Positions 10,388 to 20,535 are shown, numbered from the stretch's first letter. The stretch: 64,000 bases of DNA from Candidatus Hydrogenedentota bacterium (GCA_045863335.1 BTVY01000020.1:27712-91711), one strand, 5' to 3'. Translations and numbers: made by a program. The notes: generated by a model from the letters alone, not told the origin.

Positions 10388-11245
10388 TTAAATATCCAGC
10401 ACCCGGTCCATGCGCGCCGCAATGTCCGCGAGCCGGGCACGGTCGCCCCCGCCCACTTCAGCCGTTGCCCAGCCACTGTAGTTGATGGCGAGCAGCTCCC
10501 GGCGCACGCCGGCCCAATCAATCTCGCCGTCGCCGATCTCCACTTCAAACCCTTTCCAGGGACCTTCGTCCATCTGTTTCGTGCGGCTATACTCTTTGAT
10601 GTCGAGCTTGTGGATGCGATCCCCCAGCACCGGGACCCAATGCTCCGGCCATCCGAATCGCGCCACGTTGCCCACATCGAAATACACCTTGACCCAGTCG
10701 CTCTCGAGTTCGTCGATATACCGCGCCATCTCCAGTGGCGACAGCAGGAAATTGTTCCACACGTTCTCCACGAGCAACAGGATGCCCTGTTCTTCCGCAT
10801 ACGGAATCGCATCGCGAATCGTCGCCTGCGTCTCTTCGTAGTTCTTCGCGTAGGGCATCTCTTCGTTGACCCGCCCCGCCACGAGCAGCACGCTGGTCGC
10901 GCCGTAGAACTTCGCCAGGTCAATCGCGCCGGGAATGTCGTCAACGGATCCATTCACGACACCGTGGATCGGCAGCCCGGTCGATTCGCTCGCCGCCTTG
11001 ACCGCGTCCCGGTCGACTTTGTCGCGCACGCCAATCTCGACGCCGTCGTATCCGATCTCTTTCAACATCGCCAGCTTCTCGGCCGGCGACGCGTCTCCGG
11101 ATATCATGGCGTACTTCACCGCCTTCTTGATCTTCCCCGTAAACTCGCCCGCCGCAGCCTTGGGCGCACCCTGGATCAGGGCCGCGCCGGCCACCGCAGC
11201 GCCCGCGAGTCGCACAAAAGAACGGCGACTGATGTTCTCTGCCAT
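10388..11245 (-). CDS. Tat-exported sugar-phosphate isomerase/epimerase (xylose isomerase-like TIM barrel)
   Basis: SRRSFV Tat motif; ENVWNNFL, YFDVGN, LDIKEY, WATAEV metal ligands. Confidence 0.88.
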   Translation of the reverse strand: MAENISRRSFVRLAGAAVAGAALIQGAPKAAAGEFTGKIKKAVKYAMISGDASPAEKLAMLKEIGYDGVEIGVRDKVDRDAVKAASESTGLPIHGVVNGSVDDIPGAIDLAKFYGATSVLLVAGRVNEEMPYAKNYEETQATIRDAIPYAEEQGILLLVENVWNNFLLSPLEMARYIDELESDWVKVYFDVGNVARFGWPEHWVPVLGDRIHKLDIKEYSRTKQMDEGPWKGFEVEIGDGEIDWAGVRRELLAINYSGWATAEVGGGDRARLADIAARMDRVLDI

Positions 11246-11302
11246 CGTGATTCCTCCAATACAGAAGAGTTTGCCTCTGAATCATTCAAAACGCATCCGC
11301 CG

Positions 11303-11331
11303 ATTATGGCGAATGACCGGGAAAGGGTCAA
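11303..11331 (-). promoter_or_regulatory. Putative sigma70 promoter for the isomerase-DUF1080 unit
   Basis: TTGACC-N17-CATAAT on the minus strand, ~60 nt upstream of ATG 11245. Confidence 0.55.
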
Positions 11332-11446
11332 CCGGTTTCTGGTCGAAAATCCCAAACTACGTGGACTATGATGACAATGGGAATGCAATTTCGGGGGGGG
11401 AACCGCCACGCCGTAACCTCCCCACTCGCTACAGGAGTCATGAATA

Positions 11447-14077
11447 ATGAATGTGCTTTTGCGCTTGGGAAAAGTGATGCCGCTGGCCTGTCTTTTGGTT
11501 TCGGCGATTGCGGGTGCGGAGCCGACCACGTTTCGCGATGTCGTCGTCCACATGGCCAGCGACGTGCCGGAGGTACAGAAACGGATCGGAGATCTGCTTG
11601 TCGACCGACTTGCGGAAGTCCTCGATACGGAGGTCCGAGTGCAATCCGGCGCGTATAGCCCCGGCAACGAAGACGCTGAGACGCTCCAAATACTATTTGG
11701 AACCATCGACACGAATCCCGACTTGGCAGCCTGGTTCGACGCAAACCGCGTCAAGCCGCTTACCTGGCTCGATCCCGGCCTGGAGGGTTATCTCGTCCAT
11801 TTCGATTCCGCTGCGGATTCAAAGTTATTGATCGCGGCCGGGCACGACGACCGGGGAACGCTCTACGCAGTTGGCGAGATTCTTCGCCAGGCCGTACTGA
11901 CCCCCAATTCCATAACGCTGCCCGGCCAACTGAATACGCGTACCGCCCCTGCCTTCGAAATCCGCGGCACCCAATATGGGCAAAGTCATATCGCCAAGTC
12001 CAAGGCAAACGTGCGCGACTGGACCGATGCGGAAACCCAACGCTGTATTCTGGACTACGCGCTGGCCGGCGCCAACGTCTTCTCTACCGACGCCGGTCCC
12101 ATGTTCGATTTCATCAAGTCCTACGGATTGATGACGCAAGGTGGCTTTGGCGCGAACACAGGATCCGGGCCGACGGAATGGGAGGCACAGGAATCCATCG
12201 GCCGCACCGGTTATTTGTGTTTGTCAGTCCCGGAAGCGGTACAGGCGCAGGTCGAGCGATGCGAGGAGGAGTTCAAGAACGGTCCCGCCTTCGATCTCGT
12301 CAAGTTCCATGGCGGCGACGGTGGCGGCTGTGAATGCGACCGCTGCGATCCCTATGGATTGACCTTCATCAAGGTCGTCGAGCAGATGGCCAGCGCCATC
12401 CACAAGTACCATCCGGAGACACGCGTCTACATCACGAACCAGAAGTTTGACGATGCCGATGATCAAGCCATCTTCAAGTATCTACAAGAACAGCCGAGGG
12501 AGTGGCTCTGGGCCTGGGGCTATGGGCCGGGCTCGGATGCCATGAGCTGGCAGCCCGGGCATCGTCAGACCCACGCCATGGACCTGTTCCGCTATCCCGG
12601 CTACGGCCCCTTCGACCGCTACAATCAGGAAATCGTCCATCAGTTGCCGCCGCAACAGGTCCTCGTCCATTACAACGAAATCACCCACTGGCGCTACTCG
12701 CAGCATGGCTACATCCAGATGTATCCCCGCGCCGATCGCAACGGCGACCTGCCGCCGCCCTGGAATCACTGGATCTACGAACGGCGTCCCGATCAGGCCT
12801 TGACCATGGTCTACGACCGGCTCACGTTCTACGCGTGGCCGAAGTTCTACCACTGGCTCTTCGGTGAGGTGAACCGCTACGGCGTCGGAGACATCACCCA
12901 CTCCAGCGGCCATCACGATCATTTCAACCAGTGGATGTGGCAGCGGCTCCTGTGGAACCCCCACGTTAGCGTCGAGGCCGTCGTGGACGAGTATTGCCGA
13001 ACCTGGTTCGGACCCGAAGCCTCGCCGTACATGGCCAAAGCGCTCTTCCTGTTGGAAGAGAATCTGGAAGAGGATCCCGAAACGCCCATCGTGGACAAAT
13101 CCGGTATCGACGAGTACTACGCATTGGTGAAGGAAGCCGGCGAGCGCATTCCCGCCCATCAGTTGGAATCGAATTGGATCTGGCGCGAGTACATGCAGAA
13201 AGGCGCGCTGGATTGGTACATCAAGCAGGACGTGCAACAGCAGGTGGTCTTGCAAGAACGGATCGAAAAACGTACCACAAAGGTCCTCGAAAGCAACAAC
13301 GCTGAAAAATCGATTTCCGAAATGCTGTCCTGGTTTGACGATCTCGGCGAAACGCCGGATATGGCCGTCCTGCGTGAAGAGGCGGGACGACTTGGCGAGG
13401 AGAGCAACGCCCTCTACGGCGTGCGCAGCGAAGGCTATTTCAATCTCGACCACGACTACATCGGACTGGGCTGGCTCAAGCGCCAGTTGGAACGCGCGCG
13501 CGATACAAGCGGCGAAGAGCGCAACGAACTGTTACGCATGATTGTCGCATACGAAGACCCGGGCGAGGGCGGTTTCTACGACAACCTGGGCACGGCAAAT
13601 CCTGCGCCCAACGTGGTATTCGGCTACCCCTACGACCATGGCCAACCTTATGTGGAAGGCATGCTCGACGAAGGCAATCGCCCCAGTCAGAGGTCCATGC
13701 ACTTCACGCAGAACGAAGACCAGGGTGTCACGCTCGAATACCGCGGACTCGATCCCGATGCTGCGTACCGCATCCGGTTTACCCTGGTGCGTCCCTGGTT
13801 CCAGGAACGCTACGCTCATCGCATGAACCAGAAATCGGAATCGATCTACGCCGATGACATCCTGCTGGTTCGCGAACTGGAGTTGCCGTACATGATGAGC
13901 GACTTTTTCACCTTCGACATTCCGAGAGAAGCGACGCAGGACGGCAACGTCATCATCCGTTTTGAAAAGGCCCACGACGTTGCGACCGGAGACCGCGTGA
14001 CCGTCGAACAATGGCGCAACTCCGGCGGGTGGGGCACCCTCCTGTCCGAGGCATGGCTGATGAAATCCAAAGGCTAA
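11447..14077 (+). CDS. Secreted hypothetical protein, putative glycoside-hydrolase-like
   Basis: Signal peptide; EGYLVH...IAAGHDDRGTLYAVGEILR (GH20/GH67-type domain-2 motif); APAFEIRG; CECDRC; C-terminal beta-sandwich. Confidence 0.6.
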   Translation: MNVLLRLGKVMPLACLLVSAIAGAEPTTFRDVVVHMASDVPEVQKRIGDLLVDRLAEVLDTEVRVQSGAYSPGNEDAETLQILFGTIDTNPDLAAWFDANRVKPLTWLDPGLEGYLVHFDSAADSKLLIAAGHDDRGTLYAVGEILRQAVLTPNSITLPGQLNTRTAPAFEIRGTQYGQSHIAKSKANVRDWTDAETQRCILDYALAGANVFSTDAGPMFDFIKSYGLMTQGGFGANTGSGPTEWEAQESIGRTGYLCLSVPEAVQAQVERCEEEFKNGPAFDLVKFHGGDGGGCECDRCDPYGLTFIKVVEQMASAIHKYHPETRVYITNQKFDDADDQAIFKYLQEQPREWLWAWGYGPGSDAMSWQPGHRQTHAMDLFRYPGYGPFDRYNQEIVHQLPPQQVLVHYNEITHWRYSQHGYIQMYPRADRNGDLPPPWNHWIYERRPDQALTMVYDRLTFYAWPKFYHWLFGEVNRYGVGDITHSSGHHDHFNQWMWQRLLWNPHVSVEAVVDEYCRTWFGPEASPYMAKALFLLEENLEEDPETPIVDKSGIDEYYALVKEAGERIPAHQLESNWIWREYMQKGALDWYIKQDVQQQVVLQERIEKRTTKVLESNNAEKSISEMLSWFDDLGETPDMAVLREEAGRLGEESNALYGVRSEGYFNLDHDYIGLGWLKRQLERARDTSGEERNELLRMIVAYEDPGEGGFYDNLGTANPAPNVVFGYPYDHGQPYVEGMLDEGNRPSQRSMHFTQNEDQGVTLEYRGLDPDAAYRIRFTLVRPWFQERYAHRMNQKSESIYADDILLVRELELPYMMSDFFTFDIPREATQDGNVIIRFEKAHDVATGDRVTVEQWRNSGGWGTLLSEAWLMKSKG

Positions 14078-14805
14078 CGTTCGGCAAGCACAGACGGAAG
14101 AACTTTAATGAGGGCATCGGCAATAAGCCGGTGCCCTCGTTCGTTCGGATGCATGCCGTCCAGCAGCAGCGACTCGTCCGGATACTCTCTCTGGCGCTTC
14201 TTGAACAATTGCCACACGTCAACCAGCGGCACTTCTTCCTCAACTGCGACATTCCGGACAACCTCCGCATAGTCGGAGAGCAGCACGTTAAAGCCCTCGG
14301 AATCGTCTGGATCGTACGGCGGCTTGCCGTAGAGTTCGATCAACTTGGGCGTCCACGCAAGCGGATTCGGCGTCATCAGGATGGGCCGGCTTCCCTGTTT
14401 CTTCAGCGTCTCCACGAAGTGCCGGAGATTGGCGCGGTAAATCTCAATCGGCACCCGCGGGTCGGTATCCCCCTTCCAGACATCGATTGCCGCATCATTT
14501 ATGCCGAAAGCCACCGTCACGACATCGGCCTCCCGCCCCAACACGTCCTGCTCAAATCGCAAGCGAGCGTCGGCGGTCGAATTGCCGCCCACCCCGGCGT
14601 TGACCACCGCCACACCCGGCAATTGCTCTTGAAGCAACGTTCCAAAAATCACCAGATCGCCACGTGGTGCGGTCGTGGAATCGCCGAACAGTACGATGGT
14701 CATGCCCTGCTGCGGGTTCGCGCGAGACGGCTCATCCGCGCCGCCTACCACTGCAGCAGCCGCCACTGCACACACGAGCAAAACGAATCGGAAACGGCTC
14801 TTCAT
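14074..14805 (-). CDS. SGNH/GDSL hydrolase
   Basis: FGDSTT, NAGVGG, GIND, DGMHP blocks; signal peptide. Confidence 0.9.
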   Translation of the reverse strand: MKSRFRFVLLVCAVAAAAVVGGADEPSRANPQQGMTIVLFGDSTTAPRGDLVIFGTLLQEQLPGVAVVNAGVGGNSTADARLRFEQDVLGREADVVTVAFGINDAAIDVWKGDTDPRVPIEIYRANLRHFVETLKKQGSRPILMTPNPLAWTPKLIELYGKPPYDPDDSEGFNVLLSDYAEVVRNVAVEEEVPLVDVWQLFKKRQREYPDESLLLDGMHPNERGHRLIADALIKVLPSVLAER

Positions 14806-14913
14806 CGCGTGTGTCTCACCCCTTACGTTCGTGCCGCCTGCATCGGTTTGCTGGCAGCGTCAAAATATCCTATGCTCTGATGCGGGGCGGACACAACGGG
14901 CAGGGGGAATGCC

Positions 14914-16794
14914 ATGATTCGAGTTAGTATCGCGCTGATGTTGGCGGCACTACCGTCGGCTACGGGGCAAAGTGATGAATTCCCGCCGACGTCGCCCTCC
15001 CTGCGGCTCACCATGGACCTGAATGGCGTGTGGAAATTCTATCCCGCATTCAAGGAAGTCGAAGTGAGCCATGAATTCCTGCAAGAAGGGCTCGCCCATG
15101 CCCCGTCCTATGACGATACCGCCGAGGACCGCCATTTCGGTTGGATGGAACCGGATTTCGACGACGCCGCGTGGTGGGACATCCCGGTGCCGGCCAGTTG
15201 GAACGCGCACTTCGACGATCTCTGGAGCTATGAAGGGCAAGCGTGGTACCGGAAACGAATCGCGATCCCTGCCGAGTGGCAAAGCAAAGCAGTCGCCTTC
15301 CAGTCTGACGGAAGCAACTACCGGACCGTGCTCTACGTGAATGGCGCCAAGGCCGGCGTGCATGAGGGCGGCTATACGCAGTTCACGATTCCGATTCACG
15401 AGTATCTACGGTACGGCGAAGACAACGGCATCGCCGTCGCCGTGGACAACGAGTCCAAGCTCGAGCGCGTGCCCATGGAGCGCCATGACTGGTGGAACCA
15501 CGGCGGCCTCTATCGTCCCGTGCGGCTGTTGGCAACGAACCCGGAGCGATTTGACGATGTGATTGTCACAACGGACGCGCTGAGTGCGCCTCCATCCATC
15601 ACGGTACAGGCGACGGTCTCCGCGTCATTCAAGGGCTACGCCGTCGCGCGCGTCTTGGACGCCGGTGGCGCGGAAGTTGCCTCGCAGAGATTCGATGCTT
15701 CATCAAACTCCACTGCGGAGGCAGCGCTATCGATCCCGGATGCTCGACTATGGTATCCCGAATCGCCGTACCTGTACACGCTCCACCTGGGACTCGTTGA
15801 CGCCGACTCCAACGCGTGCGTTGATACATGGCAGTCGGCCGTTGGCATACGCACCATATCCATCGACGGTGTGAAGCTGCTGCTGAACGGAAAGCCCTAT
15901 CTGATCAAGGGTGTGAATCGATATGAGAATTATCCCGACACCGGCATGACCACCACGGGGCAATCACTGGAGCAGGATATCGCTTTGATCAAAGGCCTCG
16001 GCGCCAACGCGGTCCGCTGTCACTACCCCTACGCAAACGCCACCTACGACGCATTGGACCGGGCAGGTATGCTCGCCGTCTGCGAGGTCCCGCTGTACCA
16101 ATGGGGACGCATCGGCCACTCGGAAAAGAACCTCGAAGCCGCCAAGGCGCAACTCACGGAGATGGTCCGCACCTTGCGCAACCATCCCTCGGTGATGATG
16201 TGGAGCGTCAGCAACGAGAACCGGATCCATCCTCGCGAGAAGGGCGAAGAGTACGCGCGCATCTCCGAAATGGTCGCCGCGGGCAATCTCGCACTTGTGG
16301 AACTCGCGCACCAACTCGACCCCTCGCGCCCTATCATTGAACCCAGCAACGAGTGGCCCCGCGACATCGTGTTGGAAGAAACCGACCTGAATTCCGTCAA
16401 CGTCTACATGGGCATTTCCGCCCCCCACGTAAAAAACCTGCCGGAGTTGCCGGGCGGCATTCGCGAGAAACTCGCGACGCTTCGTGAGACCCACCCGGGC
16501 AAGCCGTTGCTGGTCACCGAGTTCGGATCCTGGGCCTTGTACGGTTTGAAAACGCACTACTTCCCCGGTGAGATTTACCAGGCGGAACTGTTGCGGACGG
16601 AGTGGGAGACCTTCATGAAAGAGCCCGATTTCGTCGGCGGTTTCGTGTGGTGCTTCGCGGACTCCGATGTGCACCGCCACTACTCGCGGATCTACGAGAT
16701 GCGCTGCGCCTACGGGCTGTTCGATCTCCATCGGCGCCCCAAGGAAGCGGCATCGGTCATGCGCGGACTTTGGACCAAGAGCAACGACAACTGA
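14914..16794 (+). CDS. GH2 glycosidase (beta-glucuronidase/galactosidase-like)
   Basis: HEGGYTQF, GGLYRPV, KGVNRYE, RCHYP, WSVSNE and VTEFG catalytic motifs. Confidence 0.88.
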   Translation: MIRVSIALMLAALPSATGQSDEFPPTSPSLRLTMDLNGVWKFYPAFKEVEVSHEFLQEGLAHAPSYDDTAEDRHFGWMEPDFDDAAWWDIPVPASWNAHFDDLWSYEGQAWYRKRIAIPAEWQSKAVAFQSDGSNYRTVLYVNGAKAGVHEGGYTQFTIPIHEYLRYGEDNGIAVAVDNESKLERVPMERHDWWNHGGLYRPVRLLATNPERFDDVIVTTDALSAPPSITVQATVSASFKGYAVARVLDAGGAEVASQRFDASSNSTAEAALSIPDARLWYPESPYLYTLHLGLVDADSNACVDTWQSAVGIRTISIDGVKLLLNGKPYLIKGVNRYENYPDTGMTTTGQSLEQDIALIKGLGANAVRCHYPYANATYDALDRAGMLAVCEVPLYQWGRIGHSEKNLEAAKAQLTEMVRTLRNHPSVMMWSVSNENRIHPREKGEEYARISEMVAAGNLALVELAHQLDPSRPIIEPSNEWPRDIVLEETDLNSVNVYMGISAPHVKNLPELPGGIREKLATLRETHPGKPLLVTEFGSWALYGLKTHYFPGEIYQAELLRTEWETFMKEPDFVGGFVWCFADSDVHRHYSRIYEMRCAYGLFDLHRRPKEAASVMRGLWTKSNDN

Positions 16795-16827
16795 ACTATG
16801 CGTTCTCGTCAATAAGGAGAGTATCCA

Positions 16828-19122
16828 ATGTACAGCCATGGAGCGGTTCGTATCTTGACGTGGATTCTTGCGGCCGTGATCGCGGCTCCCCTCTTCGCCG
16901 AAGAGTCGAGCTTCGCCCCGCTCGTGAAAGACGGCCGTCCCACGGTCTATCTGGACCGAACCAACGCCGACGATACGATTGCGGTCGCGCTGGATGACTT
17001 CATCGCCACGATTGCCCGGATAAGCGGCGCGAAGATTCCCGCGGAACCCGGTGACGGATTAACACCGCTCTACGTCGGCGAAGCGGACCACTTCGAGTCG
17101 CTGGAGTTCGATGTACCGAAGCTGGACCCCGAAAGCTTTGTGATCCACGTTGCGCCCGATGCCATTCACCTCATCGGCGGATCGCCCCTGGGTACGCAGC
17201 ATGCCCTCTACACCGTGCTCCGCGATCTCGGGTGCCGCTGGATTATGCCCGGCGCCATCGGCGAGTGCATTCCGGAATCGAAGGATTTGGTTCTTCCGGT
17301 ACAACACATGGTCGACGAACCGGACTTCCTTTTCCGCGACATCTGGTACGCCTACGGCTGTTCGCCGGAGGGGTCGCAACGCCGGGCCGAATGGCTGCGG
17401 CGCAACCGGATGAACCGTCCCGCCATCCAGCACGGGCACAATCTCACCAACACGCTCGCCGTCTTCGCGCCCTTCGAGGAACGGCCCGAACTATACTCGT
17501 TGAACGACGGCGAGCGAAAGAAGTCGCAGATCTGCACGTCAAATCCGGAGGTAGTCGAGTTGGTGGCCAAGGCCATCGCGCAGCATCTCGATGCCCACCC
17601 CGAAACCATTGCCTACTCACTGTGTCCTGACGACAACACGGATTTCTGCGAATGCGACAACTGCACCGCGCTGGATTCCGGACGTATCGACAGCGGCGGC
17701 AAGCCCAGCATCTCCGACCGTTATCAGGTCTTTCTGAACGGCGTGTCTGAACATCTGAAAAGCAGTCATCCGAACGTCTGGCTGACCCACTACGCCTACA
17801 ACGAGAACCATACCGATCCGCCGGTCAACACCGCCGTCGATCCAAACACGTGCATCTTCGCCACCACGAGCGTGTACTGCTCCGCGCACGGAATCGGCGA
17901 CGCCTTCTGCCCCTCGCGCGTGGCCTTCAAAGAGCTGCTGGCCCAATGGACGTCGCTGACAGACCACGTGTTCATTTACGAGTACGACCCGGTTCCCTAC
18001 AGCGGCGGACTCCCCTGGCCCATGTGGGAATCGCACGCCACGGAGATGGCGGCATACAAGGCGCTCGGCGTCAAAGGCGTTTCTTTCGAAGGCCAGAACT
18101 CCTGGGCCGCCTACTTCCCGAATTACTGGCTCGCCGCGCAGTGCATGTGGGACTCCACGCTCGATGGCGATGCGCTATTCGAAGACCTCATGCAATCGTT
18201 CTTCCGGGAAGCGGCCCCCGAGATGAGCGAGTATTACGACGCGCTCGCAGAACCGTTCCGAGGCCTTGAACGCAAGGTGGAGTGGGGTCTGTCGGAGTAT
18301 CCCAAGTTTTTCACCCGTGATGTTGTGACCACCGCCGGCGAGGCCTTGGCGCGCGCGCAGGCGAGAGCCACGACGCCCGTGGTTCAGCAGCGGCTGGAAA
18401 TGGTCGGTTTGTCCCATGAGGAAATGGACGCCTACGTCACGCTCCGCACCGCGGACGACTCCGTCACCTTCGAGGAATACCAGCAAGCCATCGGCCGCCT
18501 GAACGCGGCCATCGACCGCATGGAAGCCATCAACGAGGACTACCTCCTCGCGGACATCGCCCGCGAGAAGACCGCCGTGGGAATCGCCGATCGCTTCGCA
18601 CAGGAACAAGGTTTCGTCAACCGCTGGCTCCTCTGCGGTCCCTTCGATAACCTCGGGATGGACGGCCACGACAAGGCATACCCGCCGGAACAAGCGATCG
18701 ATCTGGACGCGACCTACGAAGGTAAAGACGGCGCGCCGGTGAAGTGGCGCCCCAACCACACGCCGGAGTGGACGGGCTACGTCGACTTGTTGCCCGAGTA
18801 CGACCAGACCGATTGGGTATGTGTCTATGCCCTATGCTGGGTAACACTCGACGATGGGCCCCGCGATGTCATGTTCCGAATCGGGAGCAACGATTCCGTG
18901 AAAGCGTTCCTGAACGGCGAGGAGGTCTGGGACAACAAGATCAGCCGGCCCGCCGCGGCAGACGACGATCTCGTGCCGGTAACGCTTCCCGAGGGAACGT
19001 CCACCGTCCTCCTGAAGATCGGTCAAACCGGCAAAGATTGGGGACTCTACTTCCGCATCACCGAACGGGACTCAGACGCCATCCCCCCAGGCCTGCAAAT
19101 AACCGACGAACTGGTCAACTGA
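16828..19122 (+). CDS. DUF4838-domain secreted protein with C-terminal beta-sandwich
   Basis: LGCRWIMPG, QICTSNP, PDDNTDFCECDNC; C-terminal RWLLCGPFDN...GSNDSVKAFLNG domain. Confidence 0.75.
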   Translation: MYSHGAVRILTWILAAVIAAPLFAEESSFAPLVKDGRPTVYLDRTNADDTIAVALDDFIATIARISGAKIPAEPGDGLTPLYVGEADHFESLEFDVPKLDPESFVIHVAPDAIHLIGGSPLGTQHALYTVLRDLGCRWIMPGAIGECIPESKDLVLPVQHMVDEPDFLFRDIWYAYGCSPEGSQRRAEWLRRNRMNRPAIQHGHNLTNTLAVFAPFEERPELYSLNDGERKKSQICTSNPEVVELVAKAIAQHLDAHPETIAYSLCPDDNTDFCECDNCTALDSGRIDSGGKPSISDRYQVFLNGVSEHLKSSHPNVWLTHYAYNENHTDPPVNTAVDPNTCIFATTSVYCSAHGIGDAFCPSRVAFKELLAQWTSLTDHVFIYEYDPVPYSGGLPWPMWESHATEMAAYKALGVKGVSFEGQNSWAAYFPNYWLAAQCMWDSTLDGDALFEDLMQSFFREAAPEMSEYYDALAEPFRGLERKVEWGLSEYPKFFTRDVVTTAGEALARAQARATTPVVQQRLEMVGLSHEEMDAYVTLRTADDSVTFEEYQQAIGRLNAAIDRMEAINEDYLLADIAREKTAVGIADRFAQEQGFVNRWLLCGPFDNLGMDGHDKAYPPEQAIDLDATYEGKDGAPVKWRPNHTPEWTGYVDLLPEYDQTDWVCVYALCWVTLDDGPRDVMFRIGSNDSVKAFLNGEEVWDNKISRPAAADDDLVPVTLPEGTSTVLLKIGQTGKDWGLYFRITERDSDAIPPGLQITDELVN

Positions 19123-19133
19123 ATTGCATTCAA

Positions 19134-19216
19134 GGAGCACAGGCTTCCAGCCTGTGCTCCGAGGTGCCATGGCCTTCCAGGCCATGATTCGAGGTGCCAC
19201 GGGCTTCCAGCCCGTG
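19134..19216. repeat. Three tandem REP-like hairpins, ~30-bp period
   Basis: GGAGCACAGGCT-TCC-AGCCTGTGCTCC, GGTGCCATGGCCT-TCC-AGGCCATG, GGTGCCACGGGCT-TCC-AGCCCGTG. Confidence 0.8.
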
Positions 19217-19254
19217 AACCATTCATGTGCATCCTGCACATGGACTCTTCAACT

Positions 19255-20295
19255 TCACCCAAGCTTATTCCCAACCCCCACAATAATCGTCGACAGAATC
19301 AGCACCGCAATCCCCGCCGCGATCCATCTGCGCGTCACGCTGCTGCTCCCCTTCCACTCCCGAAATGCCAGCGCCCAAAGATTGCTGAACACGATGATAA
19401 ACGCCATGTGCAGCGTCCAACTGGAAAAATCGTAGCGCCCCATCTGGGTCGTGCCCATGCCGTAGAACATGAACTGGAAGTACCAGATCGTGCCGGCCAG
19501 CGCCGAGAGCACGTAGTTCCGCAGCGCCGGAGTACCGGCGAAGTTGAGATAGTCCCCCGCGCTGCGGTTTTTCCAGTTAAGATACACGCACCAGATGCAA
19601 TTCGTTTTGAATCCCCCCGCGAAGATTACGATGAGGACGGGCGTGTTCTGCCAAAGCGCGGGGGTGCCGTGCTCTACCGCAATCGCCGCGATAGGCTTCC
19701 CCGCTGCGAGCGCAAAGGCCATGCACGCGCTCATGACACCGGCAAAAATGGCGACCCACACGCCCTTTTTGAAGTTAAACTCCTGAATCGATGCCGACTT
19801 CTCGTCGTCGGATAATTCGCGCTCCTTGCGTATCCCCGCTTTACCGCACACGGCGATTCCTGCAAGGCACACACCCACACCGGCCAACACGGTGAGCCCG
19901 GAGACGTTCGTGAACATGGGCAGCAGCGTACCATCAAAAAGCGGCGGGATGAGCGTTCCGAAAGCCGCGCAAAACCCCAACGCCAGCGCATAGCCTAGCG
20001 ACAAGCCGAGATACCGCATGGACAAGCCGAAAGTGAGTCCTCCGACTCCCCACAACACCCCGAACACATAGCTCCAGAACAGACTCGAACCCGGCGATGC
20101 GCTTAGAATTGCCGCCGTATCCGGCGCTGCGAGCATTGCAACGATCCACGGCGCGATGATCCAACTGAATACGCCGCCTACGAGCCAGTAGCTTTCCCAC
20201 GCCCAGTTGCGCACACCCTTAAACGGAATGTAGAAACTGCCCGCGGCAAATCCCCCCACCGCATGCAAGAATACCCCAAAGAATGGATTGACCAC
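19255..20295 (-). CDS. rhaT: L-rhamnose/proton symporter family transporter
   Basis: HAVGGFAAGSFYIPFKGVRNWAWESYW, WGVGGLTFGLSMRYLGLSLG, SSWTLHMAFII...REWKG; GTG start with RBS. Confidence 0.9.
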   Translation of the reverse strand: MVNPFFGVFLHAVGGFAAGSFYIPFKGVRNWAWESYWLVGGVFSWIIAPWIVAMLAAPDTAAILSASPGSSLFWSYVFGVLWGVGGLTFGLSMRYLGLSLGYALALGFCAAFGTLIPPLFDGTLLPMFTNVSGLTVLAGVGVCLAGIAVCGKAGIRKERELSDDEKSASIQEFNFKKGVWVAIFAGVMSACMAFALAAGKPIAAIAVEHGTPALWQNTPVLIVIFAGGFKTNCIWCVYLNWKNRSAGDYLNFAGTPALRNYVLSALAGTIWYFQFMFYGMGTTQMGRYDFSSWTLHMAFIIVFSNLWALAFREWKGSSSVTRRWIAAGIAVLILSTIIVGVGNKLG

Positions 20296-20357
20296 GATGT
20301 CCCTCTCCCCTTCTGGACCTCAGTTCACAGAAAATGACCCTCTTGACAGTCGTAAGA

Positions 20358-20514
20358 ACATCCCCCTTGATCCCCTTCAAAGGGGGAATTATACGTAACT
20401 ACACTGATCTGTATATGCGGCGTAATCTGCTCTGAAACTATGCTATTGCCGGTTTCAAACGCAACGCGAAGCGTTGCGCAAATTCCCCCTTCGAAGGGGG
20501 ATCAAGGGGGATGT
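20358..20514. repeat. REPIN/MITE-like element, CCCCCTT...AAGGGGG family, copy 1
   Basis: ~33-bp terminal inverted repeats ACATCCCCCTTGATCCCC(C)TTCRAAGGGGGAATT; internal palindrome CGCAACGCGAAGCGTTGCG. Confidence 0.8.
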
Positions 20515-20535
20515 AAGGCAAAGCGCCAAGGACGA

